Positions 1-9,042 of a stretch of 40,025 nucleotides of DNA are shown here, piece after piece. Origin of the DNA: an uncultured Gemmatimonadota bacterium. GTDB lineage: Bacteria > GCA-2686955. The stretch is from contig CAZBBK010000055.1 of assembly GCA_964490075.1 (NCBI GenBank), positions 1 through 40,025 on the forward strand, written 5' to 3'. The translations under genes and the position numbers were made by a program. The notes beneath the pieces were generated by a model, which was not told where the DNA came from, did not search any database, and was given only the letters and a program-made list of their open reading frames with translations. Within the stretch, counting starts at the first letter, position 1, and each line of letters begins with the position of its first letter.

Positions 1-31
1 CCCATGTCCTGGGTTTCTACGCCGGTCGCGG

Positions 32-439
32 ATGGAAAGCGTGTGGCAAGCACAGATAGGGGCCAGCTCCCTGGTCGTGCAACGCGTCGAGGCGGACGAG
101 ATCGTGACCTTGGGCAACATCGCGGAACGCCTCGGAAGGTCTCGCGAGTCGGTGCGCCTGCTGGCGAGCGGCAAACGCGGCCCTGGCGGCTTTCCCGGCG
201 CAATCGGTGGCCCGCACAGAGGGCGCCGGCGTTTGTGGCTGTGGCACGAGGTGGCTGCGTGGCTGACCGAGCACGGCTACATGGATGACGAGGACGCGGT
301 CGACGCGGCCCGGGTGCTCGACGGGATCAACGGCTCGCTGGCGATGCGGCGGCTGCGATACCGCGAACGAGAGCGCTTGGTCAGCTTTGCGCTCCAAGCG
401 AAGCCGAAGAGCCTGCACTACGTGCGTGACGGGAGTTGA
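32..439 (+). CDS. HTH DNA-binding protein (excisionase/AlpA-like HTH; possible antitoxin-like), probably N-terminally incomplete
   Basis: Motif VTLGNIAERLGRSRESVRLLASGKRGPGGFP...LWLWHEVAAWL; the frame stays open to the window edge, so the true start may lie upstream. Confidence 0.6.
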   Translation: MESVWQAQIGASSLVVQRVEADEIVTLGNIAERLGRSRESVRLLASGKRGPGGFPGAIGGPHRGRRRLWLWHEVAAWLTEHGYMDDEDAVDAARVLDGINGSLAMRRLRYRERERLVSFALQAKPKSLHYVRDGS

Positions 440-445
440 GGACGC

Positions 446-482
446 AAAGAAAGGGGCGGCGCCCCGCAAAGCGAAGCGCCGC
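446..482 (-). terminator. Rho-independent terminator for the 506-1207 gene
   Basis: On the minus strand GCGGCGCTTCGC-TTT-GCGGGGCGCCGC (12-bp stem, 2 G:U) followed by CCCTTTCTTT, between convergent genes. Confidence 0.55.
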
Positions 483-505
483 GCCGACCACGGGACGGGC
501 CGGTC

Positions 506-1207
506 TCATTCCTCGTTGGGGGCGCAGCCGTTGCCCAGGTTGGCGTACGAGCTGCCTTCGGTCACCAGGCCACTGCCCAGATCTTGCGCCACGTACGACA
601 CCTCGTAGAGGCCCGGCATCATCCCGCCGGTGCCGATCACCAGCGCCTGCAACGAGCAGGTCATTCCGGGCGGGGAGGGCGGGAGCAGAATCGGAGCCAG
701 GGGGATCTGCGACAGATCGGGCAGGATCACATGCGCGTCGATCAGGAAATCGCCGCTTCCTTGATCGTCGCCCATGGCCTCGGCCGAGAGCGTCGCGGTC
801 TCGCCGACGATCAGGTCGGTCTGATCCAGCGACAACGCGGCACTCGCCAGGCCCTTGTGGACGATGCCGATGCGTGTGCCATCCTTGGTCCACCACCACT
901 TCTTGATGGTGATCTTGGGACCGCCGTTGGAGAACCTGATCTTGGTCTTGCCGCCGGCCGGGACCGAGCCGCCGTCGAACTCGGCCGAGCTGGAGCCGGG
1001 GGAGCTGTTGTAGTTGTCGAAGGCCCCGTACTTGCCGCCGACCGCCACCGCGGTGACTCCCTGCTTGAACTCGATGTGCAGGTCGTTGGCGGCCTGGCCA
1101 GTGTTGTTGGGGAATTCGAAGGACTTGACGGCCGCGTGGGCGGTGCTGGATGAGAAGATCGCCGCCAGAGCGACGGCGCAGGCGAGCGCGAGCTTGGATG
1201 TGTGCAT
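506..1207 (-). CDS. Secreted hypothetical protein (two probable beta-sandwich domains)
   Basis: Signal peptide ending AHA-A; motifs FPNNTGQAANDLHIEF and KKWWWTKDG; AGGA upstream of ATG. Confidence 0.7.
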   Translation of the reverse strand: MHTSKLALACAVALAAIFSSSTAHAAVKSFEFPNNTGQAANDLHIEFKQGVTAVAVGGKYGAFDNYNSSPGSSSAEFDGGSVPAGGKTKIRFSNGGPKITIKKWWWTKDGTRIGIVHKGLASAALSLDQTDLIVGETATLSAEAMGDDQGSGDFLIDAHVILPDLSQIPLAPILLPPSPPGMTCSLQALVIGTGGMMPGLYEVSYVAQDLGSGLVTEGSSYANLGNGCAPNEE

Positions 1208-1516
1208 GGTTCTTTCCTGGTTGTGCCCGAGCTTTCGGGCGTTCGGGGCGGGGTCATCGCCGCCTCATGGGAATCGGTCGCCCGCACCGGGTCGGATCTT
1301 GGTCGCGCAAGAAAAAAAAGAAGGACCGCCTCCTGGTCCCGGCCGTCCCGACGCCAGCCCGCGCGCCCGGTGGAGTTCCGCCCTCGACTGTGAAACACTC
1401 CCCGGCGCCGCACCTGAGGCCACCGCCCCGCCACCCATCCCACACCGCTACCCAGAGAGGAGTCGCCCGGACTTGAATCGCCCCCTCTCCCCGCCCGGCG
1501 CACGAGGCGGTCGCCC

Positions 1517-2341
1517 GTGATTCGCCTGCTCAGAGCCCGGGCCCGTATCGATGCGCTGGTCGTGAGGATCATCGCCTACAACCTGTCGCGGCGGCGCTGG
1601 ACGGTCGCGCGTCACTATTCGCGGGTGCTGGCGGCCAATCAGCTCGCGCTCGCGGGCGAGATCGCGGCGCGCAGGAAGACCCGCCTGTGTCCCTTCTGCG
1701 GCTGGGAAGGGCGGAGCTTCTTCCCGCTCTTCGGCACCAACTACCTGATCCCCAACGAGAGCTGTCCGATCTGCGCGTCGATGGCCCGCACCCGACTGCT
1801 CTCGCACTACCTCCACCAGCGACCGGAGCTGCTGCCGCCCGGCGCGCGCGTGCTCGAGGCGGCGCCGCTGGCACACTTTCAACGCCACCTGAGGCAGCGC
1901 CAGGGAATCCACTACTGCAGCTTCGATCTGAGCTCCGCCGAGGCGATGACCCGCAGCGATATCACCCGGCTCGCCTTCGCCGACGACAGCTTCCACCTGA
2001 TCATCTGCTACCACGTGCTCGAGCACGTGCCGGAAGATCGGCGGGCGATGGCGGAGCTGCGCCGCGTGCTGCACCCGAACGGCCATGCGATCATCCAGGT
2101 GCCGATCGATGAAGCGCTGCCGCAAACCGAGGAGTACGGCGCGCCGCGCCCCGAGCTCCACGGACACGTGCGAATGTACGGCCTCGACTACCGCCGGCAC
2201 CTGGAGGGATGCGGTTTCCAGGTCGAGGTGGACGATCTGGAGCAGCGCATCGACGAGGCGACGGCGCGTCGATTCGGATTGACGCTCGAGAAGATCTATG
2301 TCGCCAGGAAGGCCGCCCCGAGCACCGCGACGGGGGGCTGA
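1517..2341 (+). CDS. Class I SAM-dependent methyltransferase with N-terminal CxxC...CxxC knuckle
   Basis: CPFCG/CPIC, RVLEAAP, DITRLAFADDSFHLIICYHVLEHVPEDRRAMAELRRVL, GHVRMYG. Confidence 0.85.
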   Translation: MIRLLRARARIDALVVRIIAYNLSRRRWTVARHYSRVLAANQLALAGEIAARRKTRLCPFCGWEGRSFFPLFGTNYLIPNESCPICASMARTRLLSHYLHQRPELLPPGARVLEAAPLAHFQRHLRQRQGIHYCSFDLSSAEAMTRSDITRLAFADDSFHLIICYHVLEHVPEDRRAMAELRRVLHPNGHAIIQVPIDEALPQTEEYGAPRPELHGHVRMYGLDYRRHLEGCGFQVEVDDLEQRIDEATARRFGLTLEKIYVARKAAPSTATGG

Positions 2342-3858
2342 TGCGCAAATCCACCTCTGCCGTCCTGGCGCTGATTCTGGCAATCGGTTCGGCGCTTCGT
2401 ATCTACGCAATCGATCGTCGCTCGCTCTGGCTCGACGAGCTGGCCAGCTGGCACGAGAGCAGCTACGACACGATCTGGGAGGTGATCGATCGCGGCGTGC
2501 GATTCGACTTCCACCCTCCCGGCTACCAGATCCTGCTCTACTTCGTGGAGCAACACATCGGCATTTCAGAAGCGGCGCTGCGCGGCCCGTCGGCGCTCAT
2601 CGGCATCCTCACCATCGTCGCTCTCTTCGGGCTCGGACGCTGGCTCTACGGCGAGCGCGAGGGACTGATCGCGGCCGCGCTGTCGGCGGTGCTCTTCTAC
2701 CCGGTCTTCTTCAGCCAGACGGCGCGCCCCTACGCACTGTTGCTGCTGCTCGCTCTGATCGCCACCGGACTGTGGCTCTTGATACTGGAGCGCATCGGCG
2801 AGAGGCGCCCGCCCACCTGGCGGCTCCTTGGTGGCTACGCTCTGGTCGCGGTGGCCTTCAGCTACGTGCACTATTTCGGCACCTACGTCGTGCTGCTCCA
2901 CGGCCTGGGCGCGGGGCTCGCGGCGCTGCGCCGGCGCTGCTCGCTGGGGCGCGTGGTGCTGCTCTACCTGGGAATCCTGGCCGCGTTCGCGCCCTGGATT
3001 CCCTTCATGCTGGTGCACCTGAGCCGGGCCGCCCCCTGGACCCCTCGTTACCCCCACGGACCGATCCTGGGCTTCTTCTTCTACCTCTTCAACTCGTCCG
3101 CCGAGCTCGGAATGATCGCATTCGCGCTCTGGGGATCGCTGGCCGCTCGCACCCTCTGGGAGCGCCGCCGGGGAACGCCCGCTCCGGTCAGGAGAATCGC
3201 CGGACTGAGCCCCGGCGCGCTCCTGGTGCTCTGGCTGCTGGTGCCTTTCGCCGGGGCCTTGCTCCGGTCGACCCTTGCGGAGCCGGTGAACAGCGGGCGC
3301 AATCTGATCATCGTCGCGCCGGCGGCCTATCTGTTGCTGGCACGGGCGCTGGCGCGCCTGCCGGGCGGAGGCGTGGTGGCGGGGTCCGCCACGGTCGGTC
3401 TGGCGTCGCTCCTTCTGTGCCACCTGCTGCTGATCGTCGACTACTACGGGCCGCCGGTGCCCGATCCGCCCCACGTCCACACCCACTACAAGCAACAGTT
3501 CCGGGAGGCGGTGTGGTCGGTGGTCGAAGAGATCGAGCAAGAGGAAGCCCCCCTGGTGATCGGCTACTCCACCGACAAGGCGATGTTCGACTACTACTTC
3601 CAGCGCGCCGACTCCCCCCTGCGGATCGATATCCTGGCGGGCAGCTGCGAAGATATCGACGAGGTGCGCGGCGCCATCGCCGCCAGCGAATGCCGGCGCG
3701 TGGCCTTCGTCTACGCCCACCTGAGTCCTCGTCCCGAGTTCCTGGGCTTCCTGGCCAACGAGCTGGTCGAGACCGACCACCGGGTGTTCTTCCGAGCCGA
3801 GGCGCGTTTCTACGATGTGCCGGCGCACGCGCCGGAGGCTGCCGGGGCCGGAGCTTGA
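2341..3858 (+). CDS. GT-C membrane glycosyltransferase (GT39/PMT/ArnT-like)
   Basis: SLWLDE, DFHPPGY, ALRGPSAL, SQTARPYALL and many TM helices; ATG overlaps the upstream TGA at 2341. Confidence 0.85.
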   Translation: MRKSTSAVLALILAIGSALRIYAIDRRSLWLDELASWHESSYDTIWEVIDRGVRFDFHPPGYQILLYFVEQHIGISEAALRGPSALIGILTIVALFGLGRWLYGEREGLIAAALSAVLFYPVFFSQTARPYALLLLLALIATGLWLLILERIGERRPPTWRLLGGYALVAVAFSYVHYFGTYVVLLHGLGAGLAALRRRCSLGRVVLLYLGILAAFAPWIPFMLVHLSRAAPWTPRYPHGPILGFFFYLFNSSAELGMIAFALWGSLAARTLWERRRGTPAPVRRIAGLSPGALLVLWLLVPFAGALLRSTLAEPVNSGRNLIIVAPAAYLLLARALARLPGGGVVAGSATVGLASLLLCHLLLIVDYYGPPVPDPPHVHTHYKQQFREAVWSVVEEIEQEEAPLVIGYSTDKAMFDYYFQRADSPLRIDILAGSCEDIDEVRGAIAASECRRVAFVYAHLSPRPEFLGFLANELVETDHRVFFRAEARFYDVPAHAPEAAGAGA

Positions 3859-3865
3859 CCCCGCA

Positions 3866-5851
3866 TCAGTCGGCCGTCTTCTCGCGCACCGCCTCGAGCA
3901 CCAGCCCGATCGCCTCGGCGCTCGGCCGGGCGCCCAGGTCCCTCCGCCCCCGGCGCCGGATCGCCACCTGATCGGCCGCCGCCTCGCGCTCGCCGACCAC
4001 GAACATGAAGGGCACCTTGGCCTTTTCCGCCTCGCGGATCTTCAGCCCGATCTTCTCGTTGCGAGCGTCGACCCTGACCCTCAAACCGGCCTCGAAGCAA
4101 CGCATTCGCACCTTTTCGGCGTATTCCGCCACCGCGTCGGTGATCGGCAGCACCACCACCTGCCGCGGAGCGAGCCAGGTCGGGAAAGACCCGGCCACGT
4201 GCTCGATCAGCACGCCGTAGAAACGTTCGATCGACCCGAACACCGCCCGGTGCAGCATCACTGGCCGGCTCGCCGCGCCGCCGGCGTCGACGAAGCTCAG
4301 ATCGAATCGCTCCGGTAGGTTGAAGTCGGCCTGAATGGTGCCGAGCTGCCAGGAACGCCCGATCGCGTCCTTGATGTGGAATTCGATTTTGGGGCCGTAG
4401 AAGACTCCTTCGCCCTCGGCAATCTCGTAGGGCAGCTCGTGCTCCTTGACCGCCTCTTCCAGGGCGCTCTCCGACCGGTCCCAGACTTCGTCGCTGCCGA
4501 GCCGATCCTCGGGCCGGGTGGCGATCCTGATGCGTACGTCGCTGAAGCCAAAATCGTCGTACACTTCGCTCACCAGGTCGAGGAAGGCGCCAATCTCGCT
4601 CTGCATCTGGTCGAGAGCGCAGAAGATATGGGCGTCGTCCTGGCAGAAGCTGCGCACGCGGGTCAGACCGTGGATCACACCGCTGCGCTCGAATCGGTGC
4701 AGTCGCCCGAAGTCGGCGATGCGCATCGGCAGCTCGCGGTAGCTGCGGCGCGTCATGCCGAAGATGAGCGCATGCCCCGGGCAGTTCATCGGCTTGACGC
4801 CGTAGCGGATCGCTTCCCAGAGGGGGCGCGGCGGGCGCTCGCCGTCCGCGGCGGAATCGATATCCTCTCGGGTGGCGCTAAAAAACATGTCGTCGGCATA
4901 GTGCGGCAGATGCCCGGAGGTATGGAAGATCGAGGTGTCGAAAATCTGTGGCGTGATCACCTCTTGGTAGCCGTAGCGATCGTAGAGCCCGCGCACGTAA
5001 TCGATCAGGATGTTGTAGACACGAGCGCCCTTCGGGAGGAAGAAGGGAGATCCCGGTGCCACCGGATGGGTGGCGATCAGGCCCAGCTCGCGACCGAGCT
5101 TGCGGTGGTCACGCTTTTTTGCTTCTTCGATACGATGCAGATGGGCGTCGAGGTCGCCCTTCTTCTCGTAGGCCGTGCCGTAAATCCGCGTCAACATCGG
5201 CCGGCTCTCGTCGCCCCGCCAGTAGGCGCCCGAGACCGAGAGCAGCTTGAAGTGTTTGATGAAGGCGGTGGAGGGCAGATGAGGCCCGCGACACAGATCC
5301 TCGAACTCGCCCTGCACGTAGGTCGAGGGCACGCCCTCGCCGACGATCTCCTCGATGATCTCGACCTTGAGATCCTGGCCGGCGCTCGAAAAGAGCTCGA
5401 TCGCATCCGTGCGGTCCCGCTCGCGGCGCTCGATCGGGAGCTGCTCTTGCACAATGCGCCGCATCTCCTTCTCGATGCGCGGCAGATCTTCGGCCGAGAG
5501 CGCCTCGTCGAGGGCGATGTCGTAGTAGAAGCCGTCTTCGATGGTCGGGCCGATGCCGAGGCGCGCGCTCGGATGCAGACGCAGCACCGCCTGGGCCATC
5601 AGGTGGGCGCAGGAATGCCAGGTGATCTCCTTGCCTTCGGGATCGTCGAAGGTCAGCACCCGGACCTGGTCGCCGTCCGCGAGCGGCGCCGTCAGATCAC
5701 GAAGCTCGCATCCAACCGCCAATGCCAGCGCCCGCTTGCGCAGCTTCTGCCCCAGGCCCGCGACCAGATCACGTCCCGTCGCGCCCGCCTCGAGCATCCT
5801 CTCGGAGCCGTCCAGGAGGACGACCTTCATCTCTTTCACCGGTGCCGACAC
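3866..5851 (-). CDS. thrS: Threonine--tRNA ligase
   Basis: TGS and editing domains (HSCAHLMAQA, DLCRGPH), GAYWRGD, RDHRKLG, KPMNCPGH, GLTRVRSFCQDDAH, FYGPKI, C-terminal anticodon-binding domain. Confidence 0.98.
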   Translation of the reverse strand: MSAPVKEMKVVLLDGSERMLEAGATGRDLVAGLGQKLRKRALALAVGCELRDLTAPLADGDQVRVLTFDDPEGKEITWHSCAHLMAQAVLRLHPSARLGIGPTIEDGFYYDIALDEALSAEDLPRIEKEMRRIVQEQLPIERRERDRTDAIELFSSAGQDLKVEIIEEIVGEGVPSTYVQGEFEDLCRGPHLPSTAFIKHFKLLSVSGAYWRGDESRPMLTRIYGTAYEKKGDLDAHLHRIEEAKKRDHRKLGRELGLIATHPVAPGSPFFLPKGARVYNILIDYVRGLYDRYGYQEVITPQIFDTSIFHTSGHLPHYADDMFFSATREDIDSAADGERPPRPLWEAIRYGVKPMNCPGHALIFGMTRRSYRELPMRIADFGRLHRFERSGVIHGLTRVRSFCQDDAHIFCALDQMQSEIGAFLDLVSEVYDDFGFSDVRIRIATRPEDRLGSDEVWDRSESALEEAVKEHELPYEIAEGEGVFYGPKIEFHIKDAIGRSWQLGTIQADFNLPERFDLSFVDAGGAASRPVMLHRAVFGSIERFYGVLIEHVAGSFPTWLAPRQVVVLPITDAVAEYAEKVRMRCFEAGLRVRVDARNEKIGLKIREAEKAKVPFMFVVGEREAAADQVAIRRRGRRDLGARPSAEAIGLVLEAVREKTAD

Positions 5852-5871
5852 GACGGATTCCCCAAACGCAA

Positions 5872-5901
5872 CGCGGCGGCCCCTTCGACGAAGCCGCCGC
5901 G
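5872..5901 (-). terminator. GC-rich hairpin between tRNA-Val and thrS (terminator or processing stem)
   Basis: Perfect 9-bp arms CGCGGCGGC / GCCGCCGCG; only a weak U-tract (TTGCGTTT) follows on the minus strand. Confidence 0.45.
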
Positions 5902-5909
5902 AACGATGT

Positions 5910-5986
5910 TGGTGGGCGATACTGGAATTGAACCAGTGACCTCTCGCATGTCAAGCGAGCACTCTAACCATCTGAGCTAATCGCCC
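5910..5986 (-). tRNA. tRNA-Val(GAC)
   Basis: Reverse complement GGGCGATTAGCTCAGATGGTTAGAGTGCTCGCTTGACATGCGAGAGGTCACTGGTTCAATTCCAGTATCGCCCACCA: cloverleaf, anticodon GAC, GGTTCAA T-loop, encoded CCA. Confidence 0.97.
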
Positions 5987-6185
5987 GTTCGATGACCGCC
6001 GCCCGGTCGGAAGCCCGGCTCGCCGTGGCTCCGATCGGGCGGAGGAAGGGTCGGGTCCGCTTGCGCGGGACCTGGGGTGGGACTTTAGCACAATCCGTGG
6101 CTCGGTGGTCGAGCGAGCAGCGCGCATCCCGCTTCCAGCGCGACGCGGCGCGCCGGACCGTGAAGGCCCGGAGCGCGCCAACGCT

Positions 6186-6656
6186 TCAGCTCCCAGCCTC
6201 CACCTGCAAGTTCATCACGACCGACTGCAGCTTGGTCATGGTGTCGACGTAGCGCTGGAAGTAGATCCGGGAGATCCAGGACTGCAGTGTGTAGCCCATG
6301 CGCGGGTCGTCGTCCATCAGCGCGCGGAAGGTCTCGGTGCCGATACGCAGGATCTTCGAAACCTTGGTGCACTGGGCGGTGAGCATGTACTTCTCGTGAT
6401 CGAAGCAGATGCACGAGCCGAACATCGAGTCGCGGGTCAAGAGGTCGATCGGGACGCTCACACCGGCCGGACCGGGCAGGCGCAGGGCGACCTCTCCTTC
6501 GAGCACGACGAAGGCGTAGCGCGCCATCTGACCCCGCTCGTAGATTGCGTCGCCGGCTTCGAACATCACCACGTCGGCGACATCGTTGATCGCGTTCACC
6601 TGCTCGGGACGCAGGTGCTTGAATACGTCTCGTCCTTCGAGTCTGCTGGCCATCAT
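6186..6656 (-). CDS. Stand-alone cyclic nucleotide-binding (Crp N-terminal) domain protein, no HTH
   Basis: FEAGDAIYERGQMARYAFVVLEGEV...MFG; RBS AGGAGG upstream of ATG 6656. Confidence 0.85.
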   Translation of the reverse strand: MMASRLEGRDVFKHLRPEQVNAINDVADVVMFEAGDAIYERGQMARYAFVVLEGEVALRLPGPAGVSVPIDLLTRDSMFGSCICFDHEKYMLTAQCTKVSKILRIGTETFRALMDDDPRMGYTLQSWISRIYFQRYVDTMTKLQSVVMNLQVEAGS

Positions 6657-6709
6657 GGACCTCCTGGTGGGGGCGCACGTCCGGGAAAGGGCTCGACTCG
6701 AGAGCCGTC

Positions 6710-6724
6710 GCATGGGCCGTGCCA
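6710..6724 (-). promoter_or_regulatory. Sigma54 (-24/-12) promoter
   Basis: Minus strand TGGCACGGCCCATGC matches TGGCACG-N4-TTGC with exact GG/GC spacing; lies upstream of the cNMP gene. Confidence 0.75.
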
Positions 6725-6737
6725 TGGGAAGGTCGTT

Positions 6738-6750
6738 GCACAACTGCTTG
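6738..6750. promoter_or_regulatory. Putative IHF site
   Basis: GCACAACTGCTTG resembles WATCAA-N4-TTR and lies between the enhancer and the sigma54 promoter. Confidence 0.4.
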
Positions 6751-6800
6751 GCGGGGTGGATCTTGCGCGATCGAACGAGCGACGAGCGGCACGCGCGGGA

Positions 6801-6846
6801 CTGCAAAAACGCAACCATTGGACGATCCGAGATTGCGGTCTTGCAG
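6801..6846. promoter_or_regulatory. Putative upstream activator sequence (inverted repeat) for the sigma54 activator
   Basis: CTGCAAAAACGCAA (6801-6814) and TTGCGGTCTTGCAG (6833-6846) are inverted copies, 12/14 identical, about 80-120 bp upstream of the -24 element. Confidence 0.6.
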
Positions 6847-6855
6847 AACGGAGGG

Positions 6856-8202
6856 CTACGGCGCCTCGATCCCGAGCTTCTTCATCTTGCGCCACAGCGT
6901 GGTCTTGTGCATTCCCAGCTCGCGCGCCACGGCCGCGCGGTTGAAGTCCAGACGGGTCAGCGCTTCCCGAATCACCTCGGCCTCGGCCCGCCGCAACGCT
7001 CCTTCTGGGCGCACCGCTCCGCGCTCTGCTTCCTCTTGCAGATGCTCAGGCAGATGTTCGACGCGCAGGATCTCGCCGGTGCAGAGCACGAAGGCGTGTT
7101 CCACGACATTCTTCAGCTCGCGCACGTTGCCCTCGAAAGGATGTCGCATCAAAAGCGCCAGAGCCGGCGGATCGATGTGCGAGATCTGCTTGCCTTGGGC
7201 GTCGTTGAAATGGTCGATGAAGTGCTCCACGAGCAAGGGGATGTCTTCTCTGCGCTCGCGCAAGGGCGGGATGGTCAGCTTGATGACGTCGAGCCGATAG
7301 AAGAGGTCGATACGGAATTTCCCCTGGTGCACCAGCTCTTCGAGGTCGGTATGGGTCGCCGCGATCACCCGCACGTCGACCTTGCGGGGCTCGGTACCGC
7401 CCAGGGGCTCGATGGTCTTCTCCTGGAGCACCCGCAGCAGACGCACCTGCAGGGCCGGCGACACGTCTCCGATCTCGTCGAGAAAGATGGTGCCACCGTC
7501 GGCGAGCGCGAAGCGCCCCGGACGATCGCTGCGGGCGTCGGTGAAGGCTCCGGCCAGATGACCGAAGAGCTCGGATTCCAGCAGGGTATCGGGCAGCGCC
7601 GCGCAGTTGACCGCGATCCAGGGCTCCAGTCGGCGCCGGCTCGATGAGTGAATCGCGCGCGCGAAGAGTTCCTTGCCGGTGCCGCTCTCGCCCACCAGGA
7701 GGACCGATGCGTCCGACTCGGCGAGACGGGGCACAATGCCCAGAAGCTCGTGCATCCCCTTGTTCTTGGTGATGATGTCGGCGAACGAAAACCGCCGATC
7801 GAGCCGCTTGCGCAGCGCCTCGACGACGCGCAAGCTGCGGAAGGTCTCGACGCCGCCGGCGATCCGCCCGGCACGGTCGCGCAGCACCGCCGTCGAGATA
7901 CTGATTCGCAGACGCTCGCCGTCGCTGCGCACGATGTGGGCGGTCTTGCCGGTCGCCGGCTCGCCGCTCTCGAGCGTCCGCCGCAGGCAGCAATTCCGCT
8001 CACAGATGTCGGCCTTGAACACCTCGTGACAGCGGCGTCCCAGCGCCGCGCCGCGATCGACTCCGGTGATCTCTTCGGCGGCGCGGTTGAAATATGTGAT
8101 GCGCCACTCTTCGTCGACGGTGAACACACCGTCGGCGATCGACTCGAGGATCGCGTCGCGCCAGAGCGGACCCGGATGCGCGTCCTCGCCTTCCTCTTCC
8201 AT
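6856..8202 (-). CDS. PAS-domain sigma54-dependent activator (bEBP), OrpR-like
   Basis: PAS (ILESIADGVFTVD...FNRAAEEITG, C-X8-C-X3-C), Walker A GESGTGKE, GAFTDA loop, FLDEIGD, FEGNVREL, Fis-type HTH. Confidence 0.92.
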   Translation of the reverse strand: MEEEGEDAHPGPLWRDAILESIADGVFTVDEEWRITYFNRAAEEITGVDRGAALGRRCHEVFKADICERNCCLRRTLESGEPATGKTAHIVRSDGERLRISISTAVLRDRAGRIAGGVETFRSLRVVEALRKRLDRRFSFADIITKNKGMHELLGIVPRLAESDASVLLVGESGTGKELFARAIHSSSRRRLEPWIAVNCAALPDTLLESELFGHLAGAFTDARSDRPGRFALADGGTIFLDEIGDVSPALQVRLLRVLQEKTIEPLGGTEPRKVDVRVIAATHTDLEELVHQGKFRIDLFYRLDVIKLTIPPLRERREDIPLLVEHFIDHFNDAQGKQISHIDPPALALLMRHPFEGNVRELKNVVEHAFVLCTGEILRVEHLPEHLQEEAERGAVRPEGALRRAEAEVIREALTRLDFNRAAVARELGMHKTTLWRKMKKLGIEAP

Positions 8203-8207
8203 GGCTT

Positions 8208-8861
8208 TCAGAGCAGTCCGCAGAACGCCTCGACCGCCGCCTCGATCCCTTCCGCCACCTTGGCGATGCCGCCCTCGAGCATGTAGGCGGGGGTGGAGAC
8301 GATCTTGTGCTCCTGATCGACCACGCAACCTTCCACCGGAGCCTCGACGTGAATCGCGCCCATGGCGCCGAGCGCCTTCGCGGCGTCGGGATCGCAGCCG
8401 ATGGTGAGCCGCACCGCGGGATCGCCCGCCAGAGCCGCGGCCACCACCACCGGGGCGATGCACCAGGCACCGACCGGCTTGCCCTCGGCGACCATGCGCC
8501 GGATCAGCGCGGCGCTGCTCGGCTCGGGGCTGCACTCGGCGCCGCGAATCGCGAAGTCGCTCAGGTTCTTGGCCGCGCCGAAGCCGCCCGGGAGGATCAG
8601 GCCGTCGAGGTTGCCGGCGTCTTCGGGGATGAGCACCGGGCCGCGGTTGATGCGCGCCGCTTCGTCGCGCACGTTGCGAGCCGTCCCCGCCACGGGCTGG
8701 CCGCGATGGTGGTCGACGACTTCGCGCTGGTCGATGTTCGGGGCCAGGGCGACGGGGTCGTGGCCGTGTCGGGTGACGGCCAGCAGGGTGAGTACCGATT
8801 CGTGGATCTCGGCGCCGTCGTAGACGCCGCAGCCGGAGAGGAGAATGCCGATGCGTGCCAT
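8208..8861 (-). CDS. elbB: ElbB/ES1 family glyoxalase (DJ-1/PfpI superfamily)
   Basis: LSGCGVYDGAEIHE, PGGFGAAKNLSDFA, CIAP, KIVSTPAYM. Confidence 0.93.
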   Translation of the reverse strand: MARIGILLSGCGVYDGAEIHESVLTLLAVTRHGHDPVALAPNIDQREVVDHHRGQPVAGTARNVRDEAARINRGPVLIPEDAGNLDGLILPGGFGAAKNLSDFAIRGAECSPEPSSAALIRRMVAEGKPVGAWCIAPVVVAAALAGDPAVRLTIGCDPDAAKALGAMGAIHVEAPVEGCVVDQEHKIVSTPAYMLEGGIAKVAEGIEAAVEAFCGLL

Positions 8862-9042
8862 GGTGGAGAGCTCCGCGGTCTCGGGTCGCTGTGGGTGCGC
8901 CGGGCACGGGATCCTGTCGGCCCGGCATCGAGTTCCATTGGGTCGACTTCTGTAGTAAGAATAGGCGATTCGCCGCTCCTCGGTGCGCGCGGAACGACGT
9001 CTCGCCAGCACCGATTCGGCACGCGCTCGCCCGGCGTCGGGG

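Noticed and set aside
5910-5986. tRNA as an integration site for an island or prophage
   Set aside because: No integrase and no duplicated tRNA 3' end seen; thrS follows directly
6082-6090. Extended -10 (TGCTAAAGT, minus strand) as the tRNA promoter
   Set aside because: Plausible, but no convincing -35 element; too weak to call
5852-6185. T-box riboswitch upstream of thrS
   Set aside because: The leader is occupied by tRNA-Val and a simple hairpin; no T-box consensus recognised
6856-8928. 690-aa version of the sigma54 activator
   Set aside because: The extension is an off-frame read of elbB; the PAS domain begins after Met 8202
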